Part shown: one piece after another, positions 17,132-26,918 of the stretch
How the letters are laid out: each line of letters starts with the position of its first letter
How positions within the stretch are numbered: position 1 is the stretch's first letter
Assembly: GCA_963705225.1 (NCBI GenBank)
Contig: OY970060.1
Location: forward strand, 636,501 to 668,500
Direction of reading: 5' to 3'
DNA length: 32,000 bases
From: an uncultured Acidobacteriota bacterium
Lineage (GTDB): Bacteria; Acidobacteriota; Blastocatellia; Pyrinomonadales; Pyrinomonadaceae
The notes under the pieces: model-generated
Database searches by the model: none
What the model was told of the DNA's origin: nothing
What the model saw: only the letters and a program-made list of their open reading frames with translations
Made by a program: the position numbers and the translations under genes

Positions 17132-19855
17132 ATGAAAATAAAAACTTTTCCGCTGATAGTTTGCCTGCAACTGCTCCTCGCGTTGTCGTTTTCCTTATTC
17201 GCGCAAGATCTGACGGTCAGGCAGATAATGGCCGATCCTTCGCTGGCCGGGATGCGCCCCGAAGCGGAAAGGCTCTCGCCCGACGGCAAAAAAGTCGTCT
17301 TTATGTGGAACGAAAGCGGCAAAGACCCGAAGAACCTCTATCTCTGGAACGGCATCGGCGATGCAAAGGTAATTCTGCGCCCGTCCGACCTCGGGCCGTC
17401 CGCAGCGGGAGGGGACGGCGGACGCGTCGGAAATCCGCTTAGTTACGGCGTCACCGTGCGCGATGAATTCAGCCGACGCGGCGCGGGCGGCATCGGTAAT
17501 CTCGACTGGTCGCCCGATTCGAAAAAGATACTTTTTAGCCAGAGCGGCGATCTCTGGGTGATGGATATCACCAATAATGAATCCGCGTCCGAAGACAATG
17601 TTTTGCGAAATTGGAAGAACGTCGAAACCACGCTTATCCGGCTGACCGATCTGGTGCCGGTGCTGGTCAATGCCGTAAAGCAGGCCGGAGTGCAGGAACC
17701 CGATATCTTTCTAAAAATCGCCGATCTGCGCTCCAAACTTTTGTCCTCTCTCCAGGCCGCGGGAGTAAGGACCGCCTCGCAGCGGCAGGACATCCTGCGA
17801 ACCGGGCAGGCTCTCGCCTCCGCCGCCGGGTCGCTGGTAAAACTGGACGAAAAATATCCGGCGTTAAGATCTAACCAATTATTCAAGGCTTCCTCGGACG
17901 AGGTTCAGGGAGTGTCCAACCGGATCACGGCTGTCAGGTCCGATTTTGACTCCGTGTTAAAAGCGGCGTCTCCGAATATCAAGCGCCTGACCAAAACCCA
18001 GTCGCCGGAAGTTTTCGCCCGCTGGCTGGACAACCGCCGCATAGCTTTTTCGCAGAGCGGAAATATTTTTGTGATCGATACCGAAGGCTTTTCCCTGATC
18101 CAGCTGACCCGCGAAGCCAACCCGGCTGCCTTCATCAGCGTGCAAAATTCCGTCGCCAGTAAAGATGGCAGCGTGATGGCCTACGTCGTCTCCGACAGTT
18201 CGAAACAGCGCCCGCTGGTGGTGCCGAATTACCTGGATGAATTCGTTCAGGCGCAGCCCACGCGGCGCGGTTTCAGCACCGATCAAAAAGTTTTCGTCAC
18301 CAAAACCGACGGCAGCACCGAACGCGTCTTCGAGATCAAACTTCCCAAGCCCGAAGGCGTCGGTTACGTTCGCGGGCTCGACTGGGCCGCCGACAACAGC
18401 AGCCTGATCGTCGACCGCATCGACAAAGACCTGAAACATCGCCAGCTTTTTTATGTCTTTCACGCCGGCGGCAAAGACGAGCAGATAATCACCATCACGG
18501 ACGAGACCGATGACAAATGGATCGCGCCGCTTTCGCGTATGGTCGAGCCGAATCCGAAAGACAACGGTACACTGATGTTCGCTTCGGAAAAAGACGGCTT
18601 TAATCATCTCTACCTGGCGACGCTGCCCCGGCGCGCCGCCGAACCCAATCCGACCGGCGAGCGGCGGCAGGAAAATGTGTCCGATCCCGGTTTTACCGGC
18701 GCGGTAAAGATCGAGCAGCTGACGAAAGGAAACTTCGAGGTCGATTGGGCGAAATGGCAGAGCGACGGTGAAGCCGTCTTTTATTCTTCGACCGAAGACA
18801 GCCCCGCGATCCGGGAATTTTACGCGATCTATCCCGGGCGAAACGCTCAAAAAGTAAGGATCAATACCGCCGCCGGCGGAATGAAGGGCTCCGCCCAGAT
18901 CGCCGACACCGGCGCCAATCCGATGATGCTCTATAGCGGTTCGCAATGGAACAAACCGACCGAGCTTTTTATCGTAAAAATTTGCCCGAATTGCCGCGGC
19001 ATGTCCTATCCGGACCGGGTCACAAATTCGACGCCGGAAGCTTTCGGCAAAATGACCTGGCTCGAACCGAAATTTATCGACATTCCGAGCAAGGACGGCA
19101 AGGTCATCAAGTCCAAGATCTACCTGCCGCCGGGACATACTCCTGCCAGCGCGGGTAAATATCCGATGGTTATTTTCGTGCACGGCGCGGGCTACCTGCA
19201 AAACACCATCAACGGCTGGAATAATTATTACCGCGAGTTCATGTTCAATGAAATGCTGGCGCAAAAAGGCTACGTCGTTTTAGACATCGACTATCGCGGC
19301 TCCGCCGGTTACGGGCGCGACTGGCGCACCGACGTTTATGATTTTCTCGGCGGGCCCGACATGCAGGATCACGTCGATGCGATAGATTTCATGGTCAAAA
19401 ATTATGGGGTCGAGCAGAAAAAGATCGGCGTATACGGCGGCAGCTACGGCGGTTTTATGGCTGAGATGCTGGCCATGCGCGCGCCTGACAAAATAGCGGC
19501 GGCGGCGGCGCTGCGCCCGGTGGCGGACTGGAAAAATTATTTCGCGTCCTCGCCGATCTACACCGCCGAACGCCTGGGCTTTCCCGACAAAAACCCCGAA
19601 GCCTACAAACGCAGCTCGCCGATCGCCTACGCCGACAAGCTGGAACGCCCGCTGCTGATCCTGCACGGGCTGCAGGACGACAACGTCCACGCGCAGGATT
19701 CGATCCAGCTGGCGGAGAAACTCATCCGCCTCGGCAAGACCGAATATTTCGAAATAATGCTCTACCCGGCGGAAAGCCACAGCTTTACCCGCCCCGAAAG
19801 CTGGACCGACGAATATACGAGAATATTGACCTTTTTTGAAAAACACCTAAAATGA
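17132..19855 (+). CDS. Secreted S9 family prolyl oligopeptidase-type peptidase
   Basis: 907 aa; signal peptide, propeller region, GVYGGSYGGFMAEMLAMRAPD nucleophile elbow, LLILHGLQDDNVHAQDS Asp, PAESHSF His. Confidence 0.93.
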   Translation: MKIKTFPLIVCLQLLLALSFSLFAQDLTVRQIMADPSLAGMRPEAERLSPDGKKVVFMWNESGKDPKNLYLWNGIGDAKVILRPSDLGPSAAGGDGGRVGNPLSYGVTVRDEFSRRGAGGIGNLDWSPDSKKILFSQSGDLWVMDITNNESASEDNVLRNWKNVETTLIRLTDLVPVLVNAVKQAGVQEPDIFLKIADLRSKLLSSLQAAGVRTASQRQDILRTGQALASAAGSLVKLDEKYPALRSNQLFKASSDEVQGVSNRITAVRSDFDSVLKAASPNIKRLTKTQSPEVFARWLDNRRIAFSQSGNIFVIDTEGFSLIQLTREANPAAFISVQNSVASKDGSVMAYVVSDSSKQRPLVVPNYLDEFVQAQPTRRGFSTDQKVFVTKTDGSTERVFEIKLPKPEGVGYVRGLDWAADNSSLIVDRIDKDLKHRQLFYVFHAGGKDEQIITITDETDDKWIAPLSRMVEPNPKDNGTLMFASEKDGFNHLYLATLPRRAAEPNPTGERRQENVSDPGFTGAVKIEQLTKGNFEVDWAKWQSDGEAVFYSSTEDSPAIREFYAIYPGRNAQKVRINTAAGGMKGSAQIADTGANPMMLYSGSQWNKPTELFIVKICPNCRGMSYPDRVTNSTPEAFGKMTWLEPKFIDIPSKDGKVIKSKIYLPPGHTPASAGKYPMVIFVHGAGYLQNTINGWNNYYREFMFNEMLAQKGYVVLDIDYRGSAGYGRDWRTDVYDFLGGPDMQDHVDAIDFMVKNYGVEQKKIGVYGGSYGGFMAEMLAMRAPDKIAAAAALRPVADWKNYFASSPIYTAERLGFPDKNPEAYKRSSPIAYADKLERPLLILHGLQDDNVHAQDSIQLAEKLIRLGKTEYFEIMLYPAESHSFTRPESWTDEYTRILTFFEKHLK

Positions 19856-19926
19856 GTGTTCAGTGATCGGTGGCCAGTTGCCGGTTTAAGCATCTGACCA
19901 CTGAACACCGACCACTGACCACTTTT

Positions 19927-20892
<966 letters not shown>

Positions 20893-20893
20893 A

Positions 20894-20927
20894 ATGAGGT
20901 CAGAACCGGGAACGGTAGTGGCCGGGT
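20894..20927 (+). repeat. REP-like repeat variant (ATGAGGTCAGAACCGGGAACGGTAGTGGCCGGGT)
   Basis: Same family as 677-709; further copies at 20963-20993 (+) and 21041-21064 (-). Confidence 0.8.
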
Positions 20928-20962
20928 AGTTTTTTTGATTGTAGGGTTTTTGCTTTGAGTAA

Positions 20963-21064
20963 ATGTCAGAACCGGGAGCGGTAGCGACCGGGTTCTTCAA
21001 ACTCGTTACCACACTCAACCTATCAAAAAAAAAGAAATCTACCCGGTCGCTCCCGGTTCTGACC
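20963..21064. repeat. REP-like repeat pair in inverted orientation (20963-20993 / 21041-21064)
   Basis: GTCAGAACCGGGAGCGGTAGCGACCGGGT and reverse complement GTCAGAACCGGGAGCGACCGGGT. Confidence 0.8.
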
Positions 21065-21182
21065 CGTTGCAATGGCGGATGCTAATATTTGTGGGTGCTG
21101 TTAACCTGGAAAGCTCATTAAGACGAAATGCATTAAATTACTATATAATTAGATTCCCATTTTTAACGGAGAACTTTATCAA

Positions 21183-22181
21183 ATGAAATATCTTATCACC
21201 GGCGGGGCGGGTTTTATCGGCAGCCATCTGGCCGACAAACTGCTTAAAGGCGGGCATGAACTGACCATTATCGACGATCTTTCGACCGGGCGTTATTCGA
21301 ACATCGCCCATCTCGAAGGCCAGCCCGGCGTCACGATCATCATCGACACCGTGCTCAACGAGCGCCTGATGGAAGGCCTGATCCGCGATTGCGACCGTGT
21401 TTTTCATCTCGCCAGCGCGGTCGGCGTCCGGCTCATCATGGAACAGCCCGTCCGCACCATCGAAACGATTTTCGGCGGCACCGACGTCGTGCTGCGCTAC
21501 TGTTCGCGTTATCGCAAACGCGTCCTAATTCCAAGCACCAGTGAGGTTTACGGCAAAGGAACGTCCGTTCCCTTTCGCGAAGAAGACGACGTGCTGACCG
21601 GCGCCACCAGCAAGCACCGCTGGGCTTACGCCTGCGCTAAATCGCTCGACGAATTTCTCGCGTTGGCGCATTGGAAGGAAACCCGGCTGCCGGTCGTCGT
21701 CGTTCGCCTTTTCAACACCGTCGGGCCGCGCCAGACGGGGCAATACGGCATGGTGGTGCCGAATTTCATTAAAGCGGCGCTGAAAAACGACCCGATCCCG
21801 GTGCACGGCGACGGCACCCAGACACGCTGTTTCGGACATGTGCTCGACGTGGTCGAAGCCCTGATCGTGCTGCCGGAAACCCCGGAATGTTTCGGGCAGG
21901 TGATAAATATCGGCAACGACAGCGAAGTTTCGATCAATGCCCTGGCGGAAAAGGCGATCGAAATGACCGGAAGCCGCAGCGAGATCGGCTTTATTTCCTA
22001 TGATGAAGCCTATGGCGACGGTTTCGAAGACATGCAGCGCAGGGTTCCCTGCCTCGATAAAGCGCGCAGATTGATCAATTATCAGCCAACCCGCACCTTG
22101 GAAAACATCATCAATGATGTGGCTGCGGAATTCCGGCAGGAACTTAAAATTGAGGCCGAAAAAGCCGTCACGGCTAAATAA
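21183..22181 (+). CDS. NAD-dependent epimerase/dehydratase (nucleotide-sugar SDR)
   Basis: 332 aa; [73 protein letters not shown]. Confidence 0.9.
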   Translation: MKYLITGGAGFIGSHLADKLLKGGHELTIIDDLSTGRYSNIAHLEGQPGVTIIIDTVLNERLMEGLIRDCDRVFHLASAVGVRLIMEQPVRTIETIFGGTDVVLRYCSRYRKRVLIPSTSEVYGKGTSVPFREEDDVLTGATSKHRWAYACAKSLDEFLALAHWKETRLPVVVVRLFNTVGPRQTGQYGMVVPNFIKAALKNDPIPVHGDGTQTRCFGHVLDVVEALIVLPETPECFGQVINIGNDSEVSINALAEKAIEMTGSRSEIGFISYDEAYGDGFEDMQRRVPCLDKARRLINYQPTRTLENIINDVAAEFRQELKIEAEKAVTAK

Positions 22182-22213
22182 TAAGTGGTTTGCCCATAAA
22201 TACCGTAAAGGTA

Positions 22214-22340
22214 ACGGGTCAGTACCGGGAACGCAGTGACCGGCTAGTGATACAAACTGTTTGTTAAATTTTTATTCGTGAATAGGATGGTGAAGTTTTA
22301 ATGTCGGAGCCGGTCACTACGTTCCCGGTACTGACCTCAT
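22214..22340. repeat. REP-like repeat pair in inverted orientation (22214-22245 / 22308-22340)
   Basis: GGGTCAGTACCGGGAACGCAGTGACCGGCT facing AGCCGGTCACTACGTTCCCGGTACTGACCTCAT. Confidence 0.88.
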
Positions 22341-22393
22341 TACGATCACCTATTTCATTTTATGGGTGACGCCATAATAAGCAAATAATAAAC

Positions 22394-23011
22394 ATGAAGC
22401 GTTTTCTGACCCTGACATTCGTATTGCTTTCCCTGTCGCTTGCGGCCTTCGCGCAGAGCGGCGGCGTCAAGGGCAAGGTGCGCGTGGAAAGCAATGACAA
22501 GGGATTAGGCGGGGTGGAAATAACCGCCGAGCAGGAAGGCAAAGTGCTCAAAACAGCTTCCAGCGCGGCCAACGGCGATTTTTACATTCAGGGGCTGGCC
22601 GACGGTATCTACACGCTCACCTTCGACAAAGACGGCTACAGCAAAAGCGGGCTGCGTTTCGAGGTCAAAAAAGGCAAGATCACCGATCTCAGCAACCGCC
22701 GCCTGGGGATGCGGGTCGATCAGGGCACGATGGTCATCGTTCAGGGCACGGTCTTCGACCAGGATGGGTTTAGCCTGCCGGGCGCCAGAGTTGCGATCGA
22801 AAGGCTTACCTCCGGCAACGTCTGGGAAAAGATCAAAGCCATTTACAGCAGCGAAGACGGCGAATTTCTTTTCCGCTTTCCCTCGAACACGCCGACCACC
22901 TATCGCGTCACCGTCAGCTACAAAGACACCCCGCCGCAGACAAAAGAAAGACCGACCGATTTCGCCGGCATCTATCGCCTGGCATTCAATCTCCCGGTAA
23001 AAAGACAGTAG
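22394..23011 (+). CDS. Secreted carboxypeptidase-regulatory-like (CarboxypepD_reg) domain protein
   Basis: 205 aa; signal peptide; VKGKVRVESNDKGLGGVEITAEQEGKVLKTASSAANGDFYIQGLADGIYTLTFDKDGY and second unit VFDQDGFSLPGARVAIE. Confidence 0.75.
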   Translation: MKRFLTLTFVLLSLSLAAFAQSGGVKGKVRVESNDKGLGGVEITAEQEGKVLKTASSAANGDFYIQGLADGIYTLTFDKDGYSKSGLRFEVKKGKITDLSNRRLGMRVDQGTMVIVQGTVFDQDGFSLPGARVAIERLTSGNVWEKIKAIYSSEDGEFLFRFPSNTPTTYRVTVSYKDTPPQTKERPTDFAGIYRLAFNLPVKRQ

Positions 23012-23135
23012 TTTCAGAAGTTCCAGATTTAGATTTTAAGTTTGGCTCCCTGGCCCTGGGTGTGTGGAATCTGGAACTTCTGTAAACTCTGGAACTTCTG
23101 AAAACTTCTAAAATCTAAAAGGAGCTAAAAAATCA

Positions 23136-23555
23136 ATGCCCTCAATTTACACTTCACAGGTAGCCGTTTCGCAGTCGGTAGGCCCCACCAGCAGCACTTT
23201 CGCCCCGATTCCGGGACTCGACACGCTCACCGTCACAGATCAGGAATTGCAATTCGGCGGGACCGCCTTCATCTCGCTATTTTTGGGCCAGGTCTATTGG
23301 TCGTCTCCCGGCGCGGTCTCTTTTCTTAATATCGCCATTAACGAGGTGGTGTCCGGCGATTTGATCTGCCGGGTATACTGCACTAACGGAAACCAGCTTT
23401 CGAGCATCATAAATATTTCCGCCACCTACACTATCCCGGCCAACACACAGCCGCAATTTTCCGCCTCATGGATGGTGGAAAGAACTCAGGGAGCGGAGAT
23501 CCTGGTGCCGACTACATTTTCGTTTTCCGCGATGGTGTTTGAAAGCATAATGTAA
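23136..23555 (+). CDS. Hypothetical Ser/Thr-rich beta-protein
   Basis: 139 aa; AGGAG SD upstream; no recognised family. Confidence 0.5.
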   Translation: MPSIYTSQVAVSQSVGPTSSTFAPIPGLDTLTVTDQELQFGGTAFISLFLGQVYWSSPGAVSFLNIAINEVVSGDLICRVYCTNGNQLSSIINISATYTIPANTQPQFSASWMVERTQGAEILVPTTFSFSAMVFESIM

Positions 23556-23724
23556 GAAAATGGCCGCGGATTTTCACGGATAAACACGGAAAAGAAATTC
23601 TGATCCGTGCAGATCCGCGCCTGATTTTATTTGAATGTTAAGAGCGCCTTCATCCGCTGTAAAAAATTAGCCGCAAAAAGGCGGGACTCAAAACAGCGGG
23701 CAGGGATGCTCGCGCTCCATATTT

Positions 23725-24171
23725 TTAGTTCACCGATTCCGAGCTAAGACGCGCTCCGACCGGCCCGCCGGAACCGGCGTTAACGGTCTGGATATCGGTC
23801 ACGATCAGCGGCAGTTCTTCCAGCACGTCCTGGCCGGTCAGCGTCTGCACCCAGTATGTCCCCGCCGAAGGGAAAACCACGTTGACAAAAAAGCTGACAT
23901 TATCGGTGTAGCTGTCCGGCGCCAGCGACACCTGCGTCGGCTGGGAAGTGACCACAACGCGGCTTTTGTCGGGCGACATGATCCGCACTTCGGTGTCGTA
24001 ATTCCCTTCGCCTTCCAGGTGATTGACCACGGCGAATTTGATCAGCGAAACGGGCAGTTTTTCGACCATGATATTTTGAAACACGCCCATTAGCGAGATC
24101 TTGTTTCCCATCTCCAGCCGCACGTCATCGCACAGCAGCGTGTACATAAGTTGTAAATTACGTTCTTCCAT
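23725..24171 (-). CDS. Conserved hypothetical protein (resembles DUF6941)
   Basis: 148 aa; LMYTLLCDDVRLEMGNKISLMGVFQNIMVEKLPVSLIKFAVVNHLEGEGNYDTEVRI. Confidence 0.55.
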   Translation of the reverse strand: MEERNLQLMYTLLCDDVRLEMGNKISLMGVFQNIMVEKLPVSLIKFAVVNHLEGEGNYDTEVRIMSPDKSRVVVTSQPTQVSLAPDSYTDNVSFFVNVVFPSAGTYWVQTLTGQDVLEELPLIVTDIQTVNAGSGGPVGARLSSESVN

Positions 24172-24243
24172 TAGATCTATTTATCGCCTCTCACAAAAAT
24201 ATCTGAGACTATAAACGGCTATTAAGCGCGTTTTTTCATAACC

Positions 24244-24310
24244 GTTTAGAGTTCAAGCTTTAGCTTGTCTTATTTAAGAATTAAGACAAGCTAAAGCTTG
24301 AACTCTAAAC
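24244..24310. repeat. Perfect 29-bp inverted repeat with 9-nt loop
   Basis: GTTTAGAGTTCAAGCTTTAGCTTGTCTTA - TTTAAGAAT - TAAGACAAGCTAAAGCTTGAACTCTAAAC; a single arm recurs at 3096-3124 (28/29). Confidence 0.95.
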
Positions 24311-24368
24311 TTTTTGATCATTTCCCGCATTTTCCCCCTTAAAAGCAAGATTTATTAAAATTTTGTCT

Positions 24369-25737
24369 GTTAATAGCAAATGAAGATGTCCTGTTTTGCT
24401 AGCACATTATATGTCCTGTTTTCTGTTGGGGTAAGGAAGGTGAGGTGACCTTTTTTCTCCCAACGTTTGCTTTGCCGAGCGTCCGGTCGAGTGGTTTGCC
24501 GTCGGCCATGTATCTGCCGATCTCCTGCGGCCCGTAACCGATCGTGATGGTGTGGTCGAGGTGCTGGTAGACGACGACGCGGCAGCCTTCCATCGAGCGG
24601 CGCCAGTCCTGCCGGTCGATCTGAAGCGTCAGATTCCTGTATTTGACCGTGTTGTCGCGGTTGACGGTTCGCTCGGTTTGGATCGAGAACACCCGGTCGA
24701 GATCGTTTCTTAGGCAGGGCGCAAAGGCCGATCCTTCCGCTTTTGCCTTGACGGCGAACTTGCGGTCGAATTCCGGTATATATTCTCTCTCGATAAAATG
24801 GTTGGCCTCCTCCGGCGTGGTTATGTTCCTGATCCTGAGCTCTTGTGGAAGGCGTCCCTGCCAGGTGCGAAAGTTTCGCTCGCTGCGGCCTCTGGCTTGC
24901 GGCGAGTAGGCCGGTATCAGCCGGATGCCGAGATCCCTTAAAGCCCTCCCGACCTGCGTCAGTGCCTGACGGTCCACCGGCTCCCCGGCCTTCGGTGTCT
25001 GAAAGAAATGACTCGCCCGGTCAGAGTACAAACTACAGAATACTCCTTTTGTTTCTATCACTTTGCGAATACCCTCCATTACCGAGCGCGTCGATTCGGC
25101 TGCCACCAGCCGCGCATAACAGATCTCGGAGGTAGCGTCGTCGAGCAGCACTATCAGATCGTGCCACCTCTCATCTCCAAACCACTGGTGATGCGACCCG
25201 TCGATATGGAGCAGCATCCCCGCTATCGCTTTACGCTCCCGCTTCCTCCGGTGCTTCTTCCTCGCCTTCTCCTTCGCAATCAACCCTGACCCTTGCAGCA
25301 GGTTCTTCACCCAGGTGTAGCTCAGCCCGAGCACATGTCTTTCACTCAGCTTCTCGTGAAAATGGGCCACGCTGAAATCGAAATACTCTTCCCGATACAG
25401 TCGCAGCACCTCTTCCACCACCTTAACCGGCGTCCGTCTCGGACTCTCCTTTCCCACCCGACCGTCGTGCAAACCGTCGAAACCTGCCCTCGCGTAAGCC
25501 TCCCGCACCCGCTGCAAATGCCGGTAGCTCATCCCCAATATATCCGCCGCCTCTATCCACGTGATCTTTTTCGCGTACGCACGCAATATGATCTCCTGTC
25601 TTTTCATCGCCTTCTCCACTGCGGTTCCCGGGTTATATCTCATAGCTTTTCTCCAAAGCTATTCTCCAACACCCCTCAACCACCCAAAGAGGACATTTCA
25701 TCTGCTACTTCAACAGGACATATGATGTGCTAGCTAC
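24369..25737 (-). mobile_element. ISNCY-like insertion sequence flanked by an exact 19-bp direct repeat
   Basis: ATTTATTAAAATTTTGTCT at 24350-24368 and 25738-25756; each end carries two TAGCA.AT..ATGTCCT.TT motifs in opposite orientation; single transposase ORF inside. Confidence 0.85.
24399..25643 (-). CDS. ISNCY-like DDE transposase (rve integrase core)
   Basis: 414 aa; HTH WIEAADILGMSYRHLQRVREAYARAGFDGL, MLLHIDGSHHQWFGD, CSLYSDRASHF, AYSPQARGRSERNFRTWQGRLPQELR. Confidence 0.88.
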   Translation of the reverse strand: MRYNPGTAVEKAMKRQEIILRAYAKKITWIEAADILGMSYRHLQRVREAYARAGFDGLHDGRVGKESPRRTPVKVVEEVLRLYREEYFDFSVAHFHEKLSERHVLGLSYTWVKNLLQGSGLIAKEKARKKHRRKRERKAIAGMLLHIDGSHHQWFGDERWHDLIVLLDDATSEICYARLVAAESTRSVMEGIRKVIETKGVFCSLYSDRASHFFQTPKAGEPVDRQALTQVGRALRDLGIRLIPAYSPQARGRSERNFRTWQGRLPQELRIRNITTPEEANHFIEREYIPEFDRKFAVKAKAEGSAFAPCLRNDLDRVFSIQTERTVNRDNTVKYRNLTLQIDRQDWRRSMEGCRVVVYQHLDHTITIGYGPQEIGRYMADGKPLDRTLGKANVGRKKVTSPSLPQQKTGHIMC

Positions 25738-25868
25738 ATTTATTAAAATTTTGTCTTTTCCTTTGCCCACAGTCAAGGTTATAATGCCCGCATCGTAGAA
25801 ATTAGCAGTGAACCGGGAAAGGCATCTTTTCTCTTTTTCCGTACGTTTGAGTAAGCAGGGTGAGATTT

Positions 25869-26150
25869 ATGGAGATATATTTTCTGACGGGTGTGACGAT
25901 CGTGCTGGCGGGCGTCGCGGGTCTGCAGCTTTTTTACCTGGGCTATCTGGAACGGCTCGGCAAAGAACAAAAACGGAGAATTAGCGAACTGGAAAAACAC
26001 TGCGCCCACCTCTCGCGCCGCCTCAGCGACGCCGAAGACAACCTCACCCAACAAGCCGAAATGATCCAGGCCATGGAATATTACGAAGACGACGAAGCAG
26101 TCATCCTGGAAGAAGAAGAAGTCTGGGCCGACGTGATCGAAGATTATTAA
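25869..26150 (+). CDS. Small membrane-anchored coiled-coil hypothetical protein
   Basis: 93 aa from ATG 25869: MEIYFLTGVTIVLAGVAGLQLFYLGYLERLGKEQKRRISELEKHCAHLSRRLSDAEDN. Confidence 0.55.
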   Translation: MEIYFLTGVTIVLAGVAGLQLFYLGYLERLGKEQKRRISELEKHCAHLSRRLSDAEDNLTQQAEMIQAMEYYEDDEAVILEEEEVWADVIEDY

Positions 26151-26156
26151 TTCCCA

Positions 26157-26498
26157 GGCAGAAACGCGACAGTTATGGAGCGTGTTTATTATCCCAATAC
26201 AGAGATGTGTTTATAACTCCAATACAGAAACGCGACAGTTATGGATTTCCCAAAAATACATAGTTATTTTCTCCGTAATGTTTAATGAACCTCAAAAGAT
26301 TGGGACGATAGTGTTTTCCCGCTGGCATACCTGATCACTTTTCGTACTTTCGGAACCTGGCTGCATGGTGACGAAAGAGGTATTTATGGAAAGATGAGCA
26401 TGTAACTTTAGCCATCGACTACGTTTTGTATGGACAGGGAGATCTGCCTTTTAATATAGATACTGATGAACACGCTCCATAACTGTCGCGTTTCTGCC
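26157..26498. mobile_element. MITE-like non-coding element, 342 bp, perfect 30-bp terminal inverted repeats
   Basis: GGCAGAAACGCGACAGTTATGGAGCGTGTT (26157-26186) and its exact reverse complement (26469-26498); core CAGAAACGCGACAGTTATGGA repeated internally at 26225-26245. Confidence 0.85.
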
Positions 26499-26765
26499 CT
26501 ATTTCAGTTTTACCACCTGGGCGCCCCAGCCGCCGGAGAGTTCGTCGCCGTCTTTGAAAGATTCCACGAAATCGGTTTCGGCAAGAATTTTACGGACGGC
26601 GTCGCGCTGCATTCCGATACCGCGGCCGTGAATGATCCTGACCCACTTAAAGCCTTTTTTGCGGGCTTCGTCGAGGTAGATGCGCGTCGCCATCTGCACC
26701 TCGGAGGGCACGACCGAATGCAGGTCGAAAACATCGGTGATCTCTATTTCGAAAGGCTCATCCAT
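26499..26765 (-). CDS. Smr-domain (MutS2 C-terminal-like) protein
   Basis: FDLHSVVPSEVQMATRIYLDEARKKGFKWVRIIHGRGIGMQRDAVRKIL; start at MDEPF rather than 26807. Confidence 0.85.
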   Translation of the reverse strand: MDEPFEIEITDVFDLHSVVPSEVQMATRIYLDEARKKGFKWVRIIHGRGIGMQRDAVRKILAETDFVESFKDGDELSGGWGAQVVKLK

Positions 26766-26810
26766 AAAATCGGTGGTCAGTGGTCGGTGGTCAGTTATTA
26801 GCAACATTCT

Positions 26811-26901
26811 TAATCACTAATCACTAATCATTAATCATTAATCATTAATCATTAATCATTAATCATTAATCATTAATCATTAATCATTAATCACTAATCA
26901 T
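26811..26901. repeat. Tandem heptamer array, 13 units of TAATCA(T/C)
   Basis: Counted directly: 13 x 7 bp = 91 bp. Confidence 0.97.
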
Positions 26902-26918
26902 TCCACTGACCACTGTGC

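Noticed and set aside
17957-19264. 435-aa minus-strand ORF
   Set aside because: Fully antisense to the convincing S9 peptidase; low-complexity Arg/Gly/Asp-rich shadow translation typical of high-GC coding DNA.
24244-24310. Rho-independent terminator
   Set aside because: Stem is much longer than usual, not GC-rich, and no T-tract follows on either strand.
25293-25733. 146-aa plus-strand ORF in the IS
   Set aside because: Antisense to the transposase and includes the right terminal motifs.
26811-26901. CRISPR-like array
   Set aside because: Contiguous 7-bp tandem repeat with no spacers and no cas genes in the window.
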